A DNA stretch of 61,030 nucleotides, the filler included, from an uncultured bacterium (GTDB lineage Bacteria; DAOPZR01), in NCBI GenBank assembly GCA_964637655.1. It is 3 parts of 3 records of this genome, joined end to end, with 100 filler letters (N's around TTAATTAATTAA, not from the genome) between each part and the next. Parts side by side here need not be neighbours in the genome. Positions count along the whole stretch, not along the records: positions 1 to 20,447 come from CAZWUZ010000028.1; 2 more parts are not named here. The stretch is one strand, 5' to 3'. Below the pieces are notes generated by a model. The model had not been told where the DNA came from. It made no database searches and saw nothing but the letters and a program-made list of their open reading frames with translations. Positions 10,230-18,707 of the stretch are shown piece after piece. The position numbers were made by a program, and so were the translations under genes. Each line of letters starts with the position of its first letter. Position 1 is the first letter of the stretch.

Positions 10230-11680
10230 TGCGCCCGGTCTCCCGCCGTATTGCGCAGCTGCTGCGCCGCTACCGCCGCCGCCTCGCCTGGCTGCTGGCG
10301 GCGGCAACCGTTATCCTGCTGCTGCTCGCGCTCGGGCGCGGCGACGCCATCCCCTTCAGCAACTGGGGCGCCATCCCGGGGATGATCTTCCTTATCGCCG
10401 GTGTCGGCCTGGCCGCGTTCCTGACGCATCGCGGATTTCTCGGCGGCGGGCGCGGCCTCGGGCCGGGCAACGCCGCTGAGGTCATGCGCGCGGCGCTGCT
10501 GCAGGTGCGCCTGCTGGCGTACTATCTGACGATTGCCGCCGTCGGCATGCTCGTTTGCTATCCGGGCGCGTCGGAGGATGTCGCCCGCGCGGTGCTGCGC
10601 CCGCTCGGGCTGTCGTCCGCACTGCCGGCACCCGCGCCGCCCGCCCGCCCGGCGGCGCCGGCGGCCGGACTCGAGCCGGTCGGGCGCTGGCAGCCGGACA
10701 TCGAGCCGTACCGCGCGGCGCTGCAGGCGCGCCTGGTCGTGGTGGCGGCGCAGCCGCGTTCGCTCCCGGGCGAGGTGCTGGGAACGTATTACTACCGCAG
10801 CGCGGCGCAGGAACTTGCCGGGCGCGTGGCGGGGATCACCGACCCGGCTGCCCGCCGGCAGGAAGTGCGTTCCTTTGTTCTCGGAACCGAGGCCGCCCTG
10901 CGCCTGAGCCTTGAGATTGCGTTTCAGACAGCGCAGGACCCGACGCTGATGGGCAGTGAAGGAGCGCAGCGCCTCTTCTGGCAGTCCGCAGCGCGCGTGG
11001 CGGAGAATCCGCTCGCGCCGGCGCCGGCGGTGGCGACGGACTCGCTGACCGCCGAGGAAATACTCGCGCAGCAGGCGGGTGAACTCTTCACCGCGCTGCT
11101 GCTTGCGCTCGACGACCAGCTTGAGGCGGTGTTGCAGCAGATGATTACCACGGGACGCTGCTACAACTGGGTCGAGGCCCTCGGTACGCTCCCCCCCGGA
11201 CTGACGCCGGCCGAACTGCTGGCGCAGTACGGGATGCTCCCCGGCGCGACGGTGGCGCCCATCGTCGCTGCCCTGCTGCAGGGGAACAGTTCCGGCGGGA
11301 CGACCGGTGGTGGCACAACCGGCGGCACGACGGGTGGCGGAATAACGGGCGGCGATACCGGGAGCGGAACAGGCGGCGATACGACCGCCTGGCCGTCCAT
11401 CGAGGCGGAAATCATCCGGCTCTATCGCGAACAGTATCCCGAAACGACGCACCGGCAGGAACTCATGACCTCGTATCGTCGCGCCGACGGGCAGAATGTC
11501 GCGTGGCTGGAAACGCATAAGGCGGCGATGACCCCGGCGGAACGCGCGGCGTATGATCGCGCGGTGGAAATCGCCGCGCATGACGGCGGCCCGCCGCTCG
11601 ACGAGCGCTACCGCTCCTACAGCGGCTGGGATACGGCCGCCCTGCGCGAACTCTATCAGCGCTACCGCACGGGCAACTGA
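10229..11680 (+). CDS. Hypothetical membrane protein with Gly/Thr-rich linker
   Basis: TGATG coupling to the cyclase; 3 TM helices; GGTTGGGTTGGTTGGG linker. Confidence 0.65.
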   Translation: MRPVSRRIAQLLRRYRRRLAWLLAAATVILLLLALGRGDAIPFSNWGAIPGMIFLIAGVGLAAFLTHRGFLGGGRGLGPGNAAEVMRAALLQVRLLAYYLTIAAVGMLVCYPGASEDVARAVLRPLGLSSALPAPAPPARPAAPAAGLEPVGRWQPDIEPYRAALQARLVVVAAQPRSLPGEVLGTYYYRSAAQELAGRVAGITDPAARRQEVRSFVLGTEAALRLSLEIAFQTAQDPTLMGSEGAQRLFWQSAARVAENPLAPAPAVATDSLTAEEILAQQAGELFTALLLALDDQLEAVLQQMITTGRCYNWVEALGTLPPGLTPAELLAQYGMLPGATVAPIVAALLQGNSSGGTTGGGTTGGTTGGGITGGDTGSGTGGDTTAWPSIEAEIIRLYREQYPETTHRQELMTSYRRADGQNVAWLETHKAAMTPAERAAYDRAVEIAAHDGGPPLDERYRSYSGWDTAALRELYQRYRTGN

Positions 11681-11687
11681 CGCGGGT

Positions 11688-12467
11688 TCAGGCGGAAGCA
11701 GCGTCGAGCAGCGCCAGCGCCTCTGCCGTGCGCGCCGGACTGCCGCAGAGCAGCGCCACCACCGCGCGGAACCGTTCGCCATTGCCCGCCAGCGTCGGTG
11801 ACAAACGGAAGAGCGCCAGCGGCTGCATCACTCCCTTGAGCCGGTGCTCGAACAGGTAGAAGAGCATCAGGCGCTGGCTCAGCAGGTTCAGGTCGTTGTG
11901 GTGCGCCATGATGGCGGAAAAATCGCGCAGTTTCTCCTCGCTCGCCAGCACCACCGACCCGTACTCCGCGGGGAAGAGCGTGCGTACCAGCGTGCGGTAG
12001 AGCCGGTTGCCGACCAGCAGCCGCGTGCGGTGGAACGACTTGGTGCGGTTCTCGATGCGCGCCGCGACGTTGATCACCGACCCGAGCCAGGTCTCGATGG
12101 CCCCGTCCGCCGCCACCACCCGCTCCACCTCACCCTCCTCGATGCCGATGCCGAAATTGAGCTCCTGCCCGTGCGCCGCGCGGAACGTGGCGGCGCGTTC
12201 GCCCAGCAGGCGGTCGAGCAGCAGCCCGTAGAGGTAGCCCGCGTGCGCGTGCCGCTCCCCGAAAAAGATGGTCAGCAGCCCGTCGCCCGTGTTGTGGATG
12301 TGCACCTCCGCGCCGCCGGCAGCGAGCTGCGCCAGCCGGTGCCCGGTGCTGTAGAATTCCGCCATGAAGGCGGCGAAGGCACCGTCGCCGCGCGCGGCGA
12401 ATTCGTCGAAGATGGTGGTGAAGTCGCGCAGGTCGGTGACGGCGACGGTGGCGGGAACGGGCGGCAT
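11688..12467 (-). CDS. Stand-alone class III nucleotidyl cyclase-like protein
   Basis: TDLRDFT, TGDG, GIGI, INVAARIE; GGAGG before ATG 12467. Confidence 0.75.
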   Translation of the reverse strand: MPPVPATVAVTDLRDFTTIFDEFAARGDGAFAAFMAEFYSTGHRLAQLAAGGAEVHIHNTGDGLLTIFFGERHAHAGYLYGLLLDRLLGERAATFRAAHGQELNFGIGIEEGEVERVVAADGAIETWLGSVINVAARIENRTKSFHRTRLLVGNRLYRTLVRTLFPAEYGSVVLASEEKLRDFSAIMAHHNDLNLLSQRLMLFYLFEHRLKGVMQPLALFRLSPTLAGNGERFRAVVALLCGSPARTAEALALLDAASA

Positions 12468-12507
12468 GGCGGCACCTCCGCGATGGTTATAGCACGCCCC
12501 GCGCGCT

Positions 12508-13407
12508 TCAGGCAAAGCCGAACAGGTGCGCGAGCAGCCGCACGGCCGGGGCGGTCAGCAGGGTCAGCAGCGTGGTCAGCGCCACCATCGTCCCGGCAAA
12601 CACGTGGTCCGCCCCGTAGCGCCGCGTCAGGATAACGGTTGCCACCGCGCTTGGCAGCCCCGCGCCGAGCAGCAGCACCGCCGCCGTGACGCCGGTCGCG
12701 CCGCTCAGCACGATGAACAGTCCCATGATGCCGAAGCCGAGCGCGTATTTCCAGCCCGCCCACCACGCGGCGTCGCGCAGGCAGGGGAGGCAGGTGCCGT
12801 GCAGCCCCGCCCCGAGCAGGAAGAGCAGGCAGGGGAGCGCGGGGAGCGCGAGCACGGAGAGCAGCGCATCGAGCGCCGGCGGGAAGACGGTGCCGTTGAG
12901 CACGAAACCGGCCAGCGAGGCGTAGAAGAGCGGGAGCTGCAGTACCGCCGCGATGCCGCGCAGCACGCTGCCGCGCGCCCCGACCAGCGCCACCCCGTAT
13001 GAGTAGTGCATCACCGCGGTGACCAGCGAAAAGATGACGCTCAACTCCATACACGCGCGCCCGAAGAGGAAGGTGCCGAGCGGGATGCCGAGAGTCCCCG
13101 TGTTGGGGAAACTGAACGGCAGGACACGGTCGCGCAGCGCCGCGTGGCGCCGGCGCGCCAGCGGGACCGCTGCCAGCGAGCAGAGGACGGGCGAGAGCAT
13201 GGCGCCGAGCGCGACCAGCCCGGAACTCTCCCATGACAGCACCGACCGCGAAATGGTGTAGAACATCAGCAGCGGCAGGAAGAGGGTCAGCACGACCGAG
13301 GTGAAGAACGCGAGCCGCGGCGCGGTCAGCCACCCCGCGCGCGCACAGAGGTAGCCCGCGAGTATGGCCACGGGCACGGCAAAGCCGATGTTGGTGAGCA
13401 TCTCCAT
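12508..13407 (-). CDS. AEC (auxin efflux carrier) family transporter
   Basis: About 10 TM helices, FPNTGTLGIP and LPSAV motifs; start placed just after a promoter. Confidence 0.85.
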   Translation of the reverse strand: MEMLTNIGFAVPVAILAGYLCARAGWLTAPRLAFFTSVVLTLFLPLLMFYTISRSVLSWESSGLVALGAMLSPVLCSLAAVPLARRRHAALRDRVLPFSFPNTGTLGIPLGTFLFGRACMELSVIFSLVTAVMHYSYGVALVGARGSVLRGIAAVLQLPLFYASLAGFVLNGTVFPPALDALLSVLALPALPCLLFLLGAGLHGTCLPCLRDAAWWAGWKYALGFGIMGLFIVLSGATGVTAAVLLLGAGLPSAVATVILTRRYGADHVFAGTMVALTTLLTLLTAPAVRLLAHLFGFA

Positions 13408-13414
13408 GCCGCGC

Positions 13415-13443
13415 ATCCTAACACGCTGCCGCCGGCGCGTCAA
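13415..13443 (-). promoter_or_regulatory. Sigma70 promoter, leaderless, for AEC transporter
   Basis: TTGACG-17-TAGGAT-7-ATG. Confidence 0.65.
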
Positions 13444-13500
13444 AAACCGGTATGTATCATGATGAAAATCAGCGGGATATAACATTGATGCAAAAACCGC

Positions 13501-13528
13501 TCAAGCGGCGCGCTCAAGCTGCCGATAA
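13501..13528 (+). promoter_or_regulatory. Sigma28 (FliA)-like promoter
   Basis: TCAAG..GCCGATAA, with an exact FliA -10 consensus. Confidence 0.55.
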
Positions 13529-13567
13529 TGAGGATGATAGGGGCAGTTCTCGTCCAAGGAGGGACCG

Positions 13568-13726
13568 ATGGATGTCAACAGTGTCGCGTCAGCACAGGTG
13601 GCGGAAGTGACCCAGGCGGTCACACAGGCCATCAACCAGGAAGCAGCCCTCGCCGAAAAAATGGTGAAGATCGCCGCCCAGCAGACCATCAGCGGGGTCG
13701 GCGCAAACCTTGATGTCGTGCGCTGA
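13568..13726 (+). CDS. 52-aa YjfB-like putative motility protein
   Basis: Below ORF-track cutoff; SD AAGGAGG; MDVNSVASAQ..GVGANLDVVR with a GxNLD C-terminus. Confidence 0.7.
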   Translation: MDVNSVASAQVAEVTQAVTQAINQEAALAEKMVKIAAQQTISGVGANLDVVR

Positions 13727-15328
13727 TCAGCGCGCGCGCCGCCACAGCCGGTAGAGTACGCCCGGATGCTCTTCACCGGCGCCCTGCGCGCCTGCTACCT
13801 CGTCATAGTGTACCTGCAGCCATTCCTGCGCCTCCGGCCACGCGGCCAGTTGCGCCTCTGACGGCTGCCGTTCCACCGGATTCATTTCCCCGCATTCCAC
13901 CACCACCCAGTCGGGCGGCGTGCGCTGCACATCGGCCATAAACTGCGCCCGCAGTTTCCTGCTGAGTGCATCGTCCGCCGGCAGCGCGTGCAGCGGAAAA
14001 TCGTAGAAAAAGCGCGTCGCCGGCCGCAACCCCGACAACAGGTAGATCGTCCCGTCATAGCCGAAGACCTGCAGCCGCTCGCCCGGCTGCGCCAGCGCCC
14101 GCAACTGCGCTGCCGCTTTCCCGTAGCGCGCCAACGTGTAACTGTTGAGGCGGTTCTCCGGGATGGTATCCAGCAGGCGCAGCTCGCGATACGCGGCGTC
14201 GACTGAATCGAGCGCGCGGTAGGCGGCCAGGTGGCTGACCGCGCCCGCGGCCGCGACAAGTACTGCCAGCGCGGTGCACAGCAGATGGACCGCGCCCGTG
14301 CCGATGGTTGCGGCACGCAGCCAGAGCACGCGCAGCAGCGCGAGCAATGCCGGGATGACGATCAGCCAGTGATAGTACCAGTAGCGTCCCGCCACTGCCA
14401 CCGCCGCGACGCTCCCCAGCCACCAGAGCGCGGCCGCCCGCTCATCCGCGCCGCGCGGGCGGATGAGCAGCACCAGCGCCGCGCCACCCAGCGCGGTGAG
14501 CAGCAGCGCGGTCAGCGGCTGCTGTTGCCAGAGCGCCATAACGAACCCGGCCGGCCCGATGCCGCTTTCGCTGTAGCGCAGGTTGAAGCGGACCACCGCG
14601 TCATACGCGTCCGGGAGCGACCCGCTCCCCGCGAGCAGCAGCAGCGTCAGCACCGTCGGGAAGGCGAGCGCGGCGAGCAGCAGCAGCCCGTGCCCGCGCC
14701 GGCGCGGCCACCATACCGCCAGCGGTAGCAGGCAGAGGACGAATTGCGGCTTGATGAGCGGCAGCAGCCCGCCCGCGAGGCCGGCAGCGACGAGCAGCGC
14801 CGCTGATGGCTGTGTGTGATAGCGCTGCAGGCAGGCGAAACAGAGGACGAGCGGCAGCAGGGCCAGCGTCTCCGCCTGACCCAGCGCCCAGTAGTCCATG
14901 GCCCGCGCGAAGACGGCCACCGCGGCGAGCGCGAGCGCCATCCAGATGACGTTCGGCGTTGCCCTCCGCCACTGCCAGAACAGTGCGACGAAAGCACCGA
15001 CGACGAACAGGCCGGCGCCGATGGTCGGCACGGCATTGCTCGCCAGCAGCCCGGTCAGGTCGGTGGCTGCCGCGATGTACCGGTAGACGACGAATACCGC
15101 GGGGGGCTTGTTGTCCCAGATGCCGGTATAGAGGCGCGCGCCCTGCTGCTGCTCGCTGCCGACGACGAGAAAATTGGCGACGTCGCGCGACGGGGGAAGG
15201 ATGGCGGTCATGATGCCGAACTGCGCCAGCCACAGCGCGCAGAGCAGTACCCAGAGCAGTGCGGCGCGCGGTGCGGCCGGCTGTCGCGCGACCAGGACAT
15301 CGTGCCAGCGTGCGGGCGTGTTGCTCAT
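13727..15328 (-). CDS. GT-C fold (PMT/ArnT-like) membrane glycosyltransferase
   Basis: LYTGIWDNKPP, multiple TM helices, IKPQ, YWYYHW. Confidence 0.75.
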   Translation of the reverse strand: MSNTPARWHDVLVARQPAAPRAALLWVLLCALWLAQFGIMTAILPPSRDVANFLVVGSEQQQGARLYTGIWDNKPPAVFVVYRYIAAATDLTGLLASNAVPTIGAGLFVVGAFVALFWQWRRATPNVIWMALALAAVAVFARAMDYWALGQAETLALLPLVLCFACLQRYHTQPSAALLVAAGLAGGLLPLIKPQFVLCLLPLAVWWPRRRGHGLLLLAALAFPTVLTLLLLAGSGSLPDAYDAVVRFNLRYSESGIGPAGFVMALWQQQPLTALLLTALGGAALVLLIRPRGADERAAALWWLGSVAAVAVAGRYWYYHWLIVIPALLALLRVLWLRAATIGTGAVHLLCTALAVLVAAAGAVSHLAAYRALDSVDAAYRELRLLDTIPENRLNSYTLARYGKAAAQLRALAQPGERLQVFGYDGTIYLLSGLRPATRFFYDFPLHALPADDALSRKLRAQFMADVQRTPPDWVVVECGEMNPVERQPSEAQLAAWPEAQEWLQVHYDEVAGAQGAGEEHPGVLYRLWRRAR

Positions 15329-15358
15329 GCCGCTATGGTAGCATAGGTTGTTCAGGCG

Positions 15359-15419
15359 CGGCTACGATGAGCGCTCTGCGGGCGCTGCCGTCTGCGCCCG
15401 CTGCGGCGCGAAGTTATGC
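15359..15419 (-). repeat. attC site 1 (distal; R' reads GTA)
   Basis: ggctac-gatga-gcgctctgcgggcgc..gcgcccgctgcggcgc-gaa-gttatgc. Confidence 0.85.
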
Positions 15420-15422
15420 CGT

Positions 15423-15713
15423 TTATTTTCTGTGCTTCCAATAATCCGGTTCGCGATGAAGGTGCATGACGGCAAGAATAAATATTCCGTGCGGCTCAAC
15501 ACTGTATAATACGCCATATGGAAACCTGTGAACGAGGCAGCGTCTGATTTCTGGTGCGATTTCCGGCCACATTTTGGGGTAATCGAGGGAATTTTTTATG
15601 GTCGTGTAAACTTCCCGGGAGAAGTCGAGCCCGAGGCCGATTTCACATTCTTCGTAATAGGCAACGCCGGCAACAAATTATTCATCCGCTTCCGGATGAA
15701 AAGTAAAAATCAT
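15423..15713 (-). pseudogene. parE: RelE/ParE family toxin with in-frame TAA at codon 12
   Basis: MIFTFHPEADE*FVAGVAYYEECEIGLG..RRCLVHRFPYGVLY..ILAVMHLHREPDYWKHRK; stop at 15678-15680. Confidence 0.85.
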
Positions 15714-15937
15714 ACATCGAACCGCTGCCGGATTCTAGCGAAAACCTCTTCCCCTGGGATGGGGGCAACACGACCGGATCGCAGTTCGTCAAGTCTTCGT
15801 TTTGCCACCTCGGCCCATTTCTTGTCAATTTCAGGGTCAGGCGGATTCAGTGAACGCAACAGGGATTCCACTACCAAGGCCCGCTCTTCTACGGGAAGAG
15901 ACTCGGCTTCCTGAATTATTTTGGCGGTGTTCGGCAT
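15710..15937 (-). CDS. Addiction-module antitoxin
   Basis: LPVEERALVVESLLRSL..WAEVAKRRLDELRSG; SD AGGAGG; ATGA overlap with toxin. Confidence 0.85.
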   Translation of the reverse strand: MPNTAKIIQEAESLPVEERALVVESLLRSLNPPDPEIDKKWAEVAKRRLDELRSGRVAPIPGEEVFARIRQRFDV

Positions 15938-16007
15938 AATGTCCCTCCTATGTTGCAGTATAGCATATCGGTTGATATTTTGCCCGATTTAAAATCATCT
16001 CGTTCAG

Positions 16008-16067
16008 GCATAACGATGAGCGCTCTGCGGGCGCTGTTGTATGCGCCCGCAGAGCGCGAAGTTAGCA
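16008..16067 (-). repeat. attC site 2
   Basis: gcataac-gatga-perfect 15-bp stem-gaa-gttagca. Confidence 0.9.
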
Positions 16068-16085
16068 GATCTTGATCGGGGGATA

Positions 16086-16337
16086 CTAAGCAGCGCGGCG
16101 TTTCTTGCTGCGGCCATTGCCATGTTTTGCCCTGCCCGCAGAACGGGCGACTTTGATAAGTGAACGCAGAGCATTGTTGACTGCGGCTTCATCTGGAAAC
16201 ACCTCGGCCACATCAGCTCCGAGTAATACCAGGGTTGTGCCGGAAGTGTATGCCTTGTGATATTTCCCGCGTAGCCCACGACCAAGGTCATCCCGGCGAT
16301 ATTCGGCTCTCAGCCCATTTTGTTTAACCTTCTTCAT
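16086..16337 (-). CDS. BrnA-like antitoxin
   Basis: LRAEY..RGKY..LVLLGADVAEVFPDEAAVNNALRSLI; overlaps the brnT remnant. Confidence 0.75.
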   Translation of the reverse strand: MKKVKQNGLRAEYRRDDLGRGLRGKYHKAYTSGTTLVLLGADVAEVFPDEAAVNNALRSLIKVARSAGRAKHGNGRSKKRRAA

Positions 16338-16476
16338 AGATTGTCCTTTCGTTTTTGGTCGCAGTCCGCGCGCTGATGATTCGAATGACGTTCGAACGTG
16401 AGGTGTGTGCAACAACCAGCAAACGCTGATTATTGGAAAGCCCGAAAGTCAAGTATCTCGTTTCGTCCGCATGATC
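16324..16476 (-). pseudogene. brnT: 3' half of a BrnT toxin, truncated exactly at attC site 3
   Basis: DHADETRYLTFGLS..RLLVVAHT..IRIISARTATKNERTIYEEG*; no start codon; first codon GAT is the attC core. Confidence 0.85.
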
Positions 16477-16533
16477 GATGAGCGCCCTGCGGGCGCTGTT
16501 GTTTTTCGCGCCCGCTGCGGCGCGAAGTTCGGC
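16470..16533 (-). repeat. attC site 3 (R' = GATCATG, non-canonical)
   Basis: catgatc-gatga-gcgccctgcgggcgc..gcgcccgctgcggcgc-gaa-gttcggc. Confidence 0.88.
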
Positions 16534-16536
16534 TGT

Positions 16537-16764
16537 TTATGATGCCCATTTCAACTCGAGCTTCTTTTGATGAAGGGCACACTCCCGGAGGTATAGGTTG
16601 ATGAGGTTTTGATAGGGCATACCCAGTTCTGTCGCCAAGGCCTTGAAATAGCTGACTGTGTGCTTGTCTAATCGGATAGTGATCGGTTGTTTCAGCCTGA
16701 CCGCGTAAGGGTTCTTGACCCCCTTCATTTTCGCAAAATCATAGTGTTTTCTCATGGCTTTCAC
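16537..16764 (-). CDS. brnA: BrnA antitoxin
   Basis: YDF..KNPYA..KQPITIRLD..YFK..GMPYQNLINLYLR. Confidence 0.88.
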   Translation of the reverse strand: MKAMRKHYDFAKMKGVKNPYAVRLKQPITIRLDKHTVSYFKALATELGMPYQNLINLYLRECALHQKKLELKWAS

Positions 16765-17045
16765 CTCCAGTAGTTTTCAGCTTCTTGTTTGTCGGCTTTT
16801 CTGGCCGAGATAAGTCGAATAACCGAGTCGTTTTCACGGTAGCAATGGCAGACAACCAGCACGCGTAATTTGAAACTCAATCCGAGCATGATGAATCTCG
16901 CCTCATCTTCCGAATGGTCTGGGTCGAAATAGCGGATCGCCTTTTCATCGAAAAACACAGCTTGCGCCTCTTCAAAGGACACTCCATGCTTCTTTCGATT
17001 GGATTTGTTCTTGTTTTCGTCCCAGGCGAAGGTGATCTTGTTCAT
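16761..17045 (-). CDS. brnT: BrnT toxin
   Basis: FAWDENKNKSNRKKHGVSFEEA..DPDHSEDEARF..IRLISARKA. Confidence 0.92.
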   Translation of the reverse strand: MNKITFAWDENKNKSNRKKHGVSFEEAQAVFFDEKAIRYFDPDHSEDEARFIMLGLSFKLRVLVVCHCYRENDSVIRLISARKADKQEAENYWR

Positions 17046-17051
17046 GCGTAT

Positions 17052-17080
17052 ATTATACAATATTATATGTACATTGTCAA
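17052..17080 (-). promoter_or_regulatory. Perfect-consensus leaderless promoter of the brnTA cassette
   Basis: TTGACA-17-TATAAT-6-ATG. Confidence 0.85.
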
Positions 17081-17093
17081 TATCTATCTATCA

Positions 17094-17154
17094 GCCGAAC
17101 GATTAGCGCCCTGCGGGCGCGGTTATCTGCGCCCGCTGCCGCGCGAAGTTGGCC
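17094..17154 (-). repeat. attC site 4
   Basis: gccgaac-gatta-gcgccctgcgggcgc..gcgcccgctgccgcgc-gaa-gttggcc. Confidence 0.9.
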
Positions 17155-17178
17155 ATAGAACTAATTTCAGGCGTGCTG

Positions 17179-17589
17179 CTATTTCCAGGGATTGATGACT
17201 TCAAGGCCGGGAAAGCGAAAATCTTTCTCGTTTCGGGTCACAAGGCGGAGTCCTCGTTCAAGCGCGGTCGCCGCTAAGAGGCTGTCAATCGCCGGCACCG
17301 AACGGCCAACCTCAGCCAACAACCGACCCCACCGTTCTGCAATTGCGGCATCAACAGGAATCAAGCGGTGTTCAAACCAGGAAGTGAGCTCGGTTTCAAG
17401 CCAGAGACGCAACTGTTCCCGCTTTGGTCCCTCCGGCAACAATTCAACTCCGCGTCGAATCTCGCCAAGCGCGATAACGCTCAAATAGAGCGAACCGGAC
17501 GGCACCGCATCAAGCCATCTACTGACTGCCGCCGCGGGTCGCGCTTTGGCTGCTTCGGAAATGATATTGGTGTCGAGAAGATAACTCAC
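17179..17589 (-). CDS. vapC: VapC PIN-domain toxin
   Basis: YLLDTNIISE, GEIRRG, DSLLAATA, VTRNEKDF. Confidence 0.93.
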   Translation of the reverse strand: MSYLLDTNIISEAAKARPAAAVSRWLDAVPSGSLYLSVIALGEIRRGVELLPEGPKREQLRLWLETELTSWFEHRLIPVDAAIAERWGRLLAEVGRSVPAIDSLLAATALERGLRLVTRNEKDFRFPGLEVINPWK

Positions 17590-17834
17590 AAATTGATTCT
17601 CCGCACGGCATCGCGGGAACGAGTCAGTTTTAGTCGTACTCCAGCCAACGGTGATTTTTTAAGGAATTCCCCGAGTTTTCGCGGGCGCCGGTGCAACCGG
17701 TCATATTCAGCGCGTGAAAGCACGATCGCCGCTGATTTACCGCGTACGGTGATCTCCTGCGGCCCGTTGAGGCATGCGGCCCGTACCACCTCGCTTAAAT
17801 TTGCCTTTGCGCTCTGTAATTGCCAACTCGTCAT
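17586..17834 (-). CDS. Phd/YefM family antitoxin
   Basis: WQLQSAKANLSEVV..GPQEITVRGK; SD GAGGTG. Confidence 0.9.
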   Translation of the reverse strand: MTSWQLQSAKANLSEVVRAACLNGPQEITVRGKSAAIVLSRAEYDRLHRRPRKLGEFLKKSPLAGVRLKLTRSRDAVRRINL

Positions 17835-17850
17835 AATGTTCACACCTCAT

Positions 17851-17900
17851 ATAGTCAGTCTGACTATTTAAGTTGTACCACGTTTTAGGCCGAACGTCAA
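17851..17900 (-). promoter_or_regulatory. Promoter and palindromic operator of phd-vapC
   Basis: TTGACG-17-TACAAC followed by perfect inverted repeat ATAGTCAG-T-CTGACTAT (17851-17867). Confidence 0.7.
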
Positions 17901-17947
17901 GACATTTTGCGGTTTTGCTCTGGAAGTTATCACATCATCTCATTATA

Positions 17948-18009
17948 GGCTAACCGATTAGCGCTCTGGGCGCCGCTGTTGGGCGGCGTCCAGAAGCGCG
18001 AAGTTAGCC
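17948..18009 (-). repeat. attC site 5
   Basis: ggctaac-cgatta-gcgctctgggcgccgc..gcggcgtccagaagcgc-gaa-gttagcc. Confidence 0.88.
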
Positions 18010-18078
18010 AATTCGCTTCGTGATTGCATTGGTTCTATTCCTCCGCACCCGTGCAACTGAATAACGCCAAAGGTAACA

Positions 18079-18657
18079 TTAATGGCCCCTCAACTCATGA
18101 GGAGTATCTGTCAGCACCAACCAAGGCGAATTCGGTTCACTGCGTGCTAACGGAGCATTGTATATTAGCGCGCTTAGCGCCGCCTTACTCGCAGTAACAT
18201 CTTCCGGTGCAACCGCTTGATTAAACATAGGACCTGATTTATCGATGAATAGCATCGACGATACGATCGCAAGTAGTGCAAGCAAGCAGCATAGCGAAAC
18301 CTCTGCCGTCGTGGAAGCTCTCGATGAGTCATATTTTGAGTAACCGATGCCGATGAAGATAATGACTATTGACTCTGGCAATACCGGAATAACGTTAAAT
18401 ACCCGAATAAGGTAGAGCAGAAACACACCACTGGCAATAAGCATACGAAATGGATGACGCGATGCCAGCATAGCGATAGTGGCAATAGCCAACAACACCA
18501 TCCAAAGGCCGTCATTGAGCCAACCGTGTTGCTGGTTGTGGGCAAGGTGACCGCACATACAGAAATGACCGAGACAACAATAATAGAACGGCAACGCTAC
18601 AAGGAAAAATATCAATGCAACGCGGCGGTTAATTAAGTCAGTCATCATCGGCACCAC
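18079..18657 (-). CDS. Hypothetical membrane protein (cassette)
   Basis: Only long ORF between attC5 and attC6; several TM helices; CCLGHFCMCGH motif; start uncertain. Confidence 0.6.
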   Translation of the reverse strand: MVPMMTDLINRRVALIFFLVALPFYYCCLGHFCMCGHLAHNQQHGWLNDGLWMVLLAIATIAMLASRHPFRMLIASGVFLLYLIRVFNVIPVLPESIVIIFIGIGYSKYDSSRASTTAEVSLCCLLALLAIVSSMLFIDKSGPMFNQAVAPEDVTASKAALSALIYNAPLARSEPNSPWLVLTDTPHELRGH

Positions 18658-18707
18658 ATGTTGAAGTAATTGTTTCGTTATCTGCCTTTGTCATTATTTT
18701 CGCCGTA

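Noticed and set aside
7773-10307. Long antisense ORFs (this one, 690-2174, 20500-22818, 48391-50739 and others)
   Set aside because: Shadow frames of high-GC genes with no recognisable motifs
11290-11385. GGC/ACN-rich tandem-like DNA
   Set aside because: Explained by a Gly/Thr protein linker
15678-15680. Stop-codon reassignment explaining the in-frame TAA codons in both parE genes
   Set aside because: TAA terminates parE at 15423 and many other genes here; nonsense mutation is simpler
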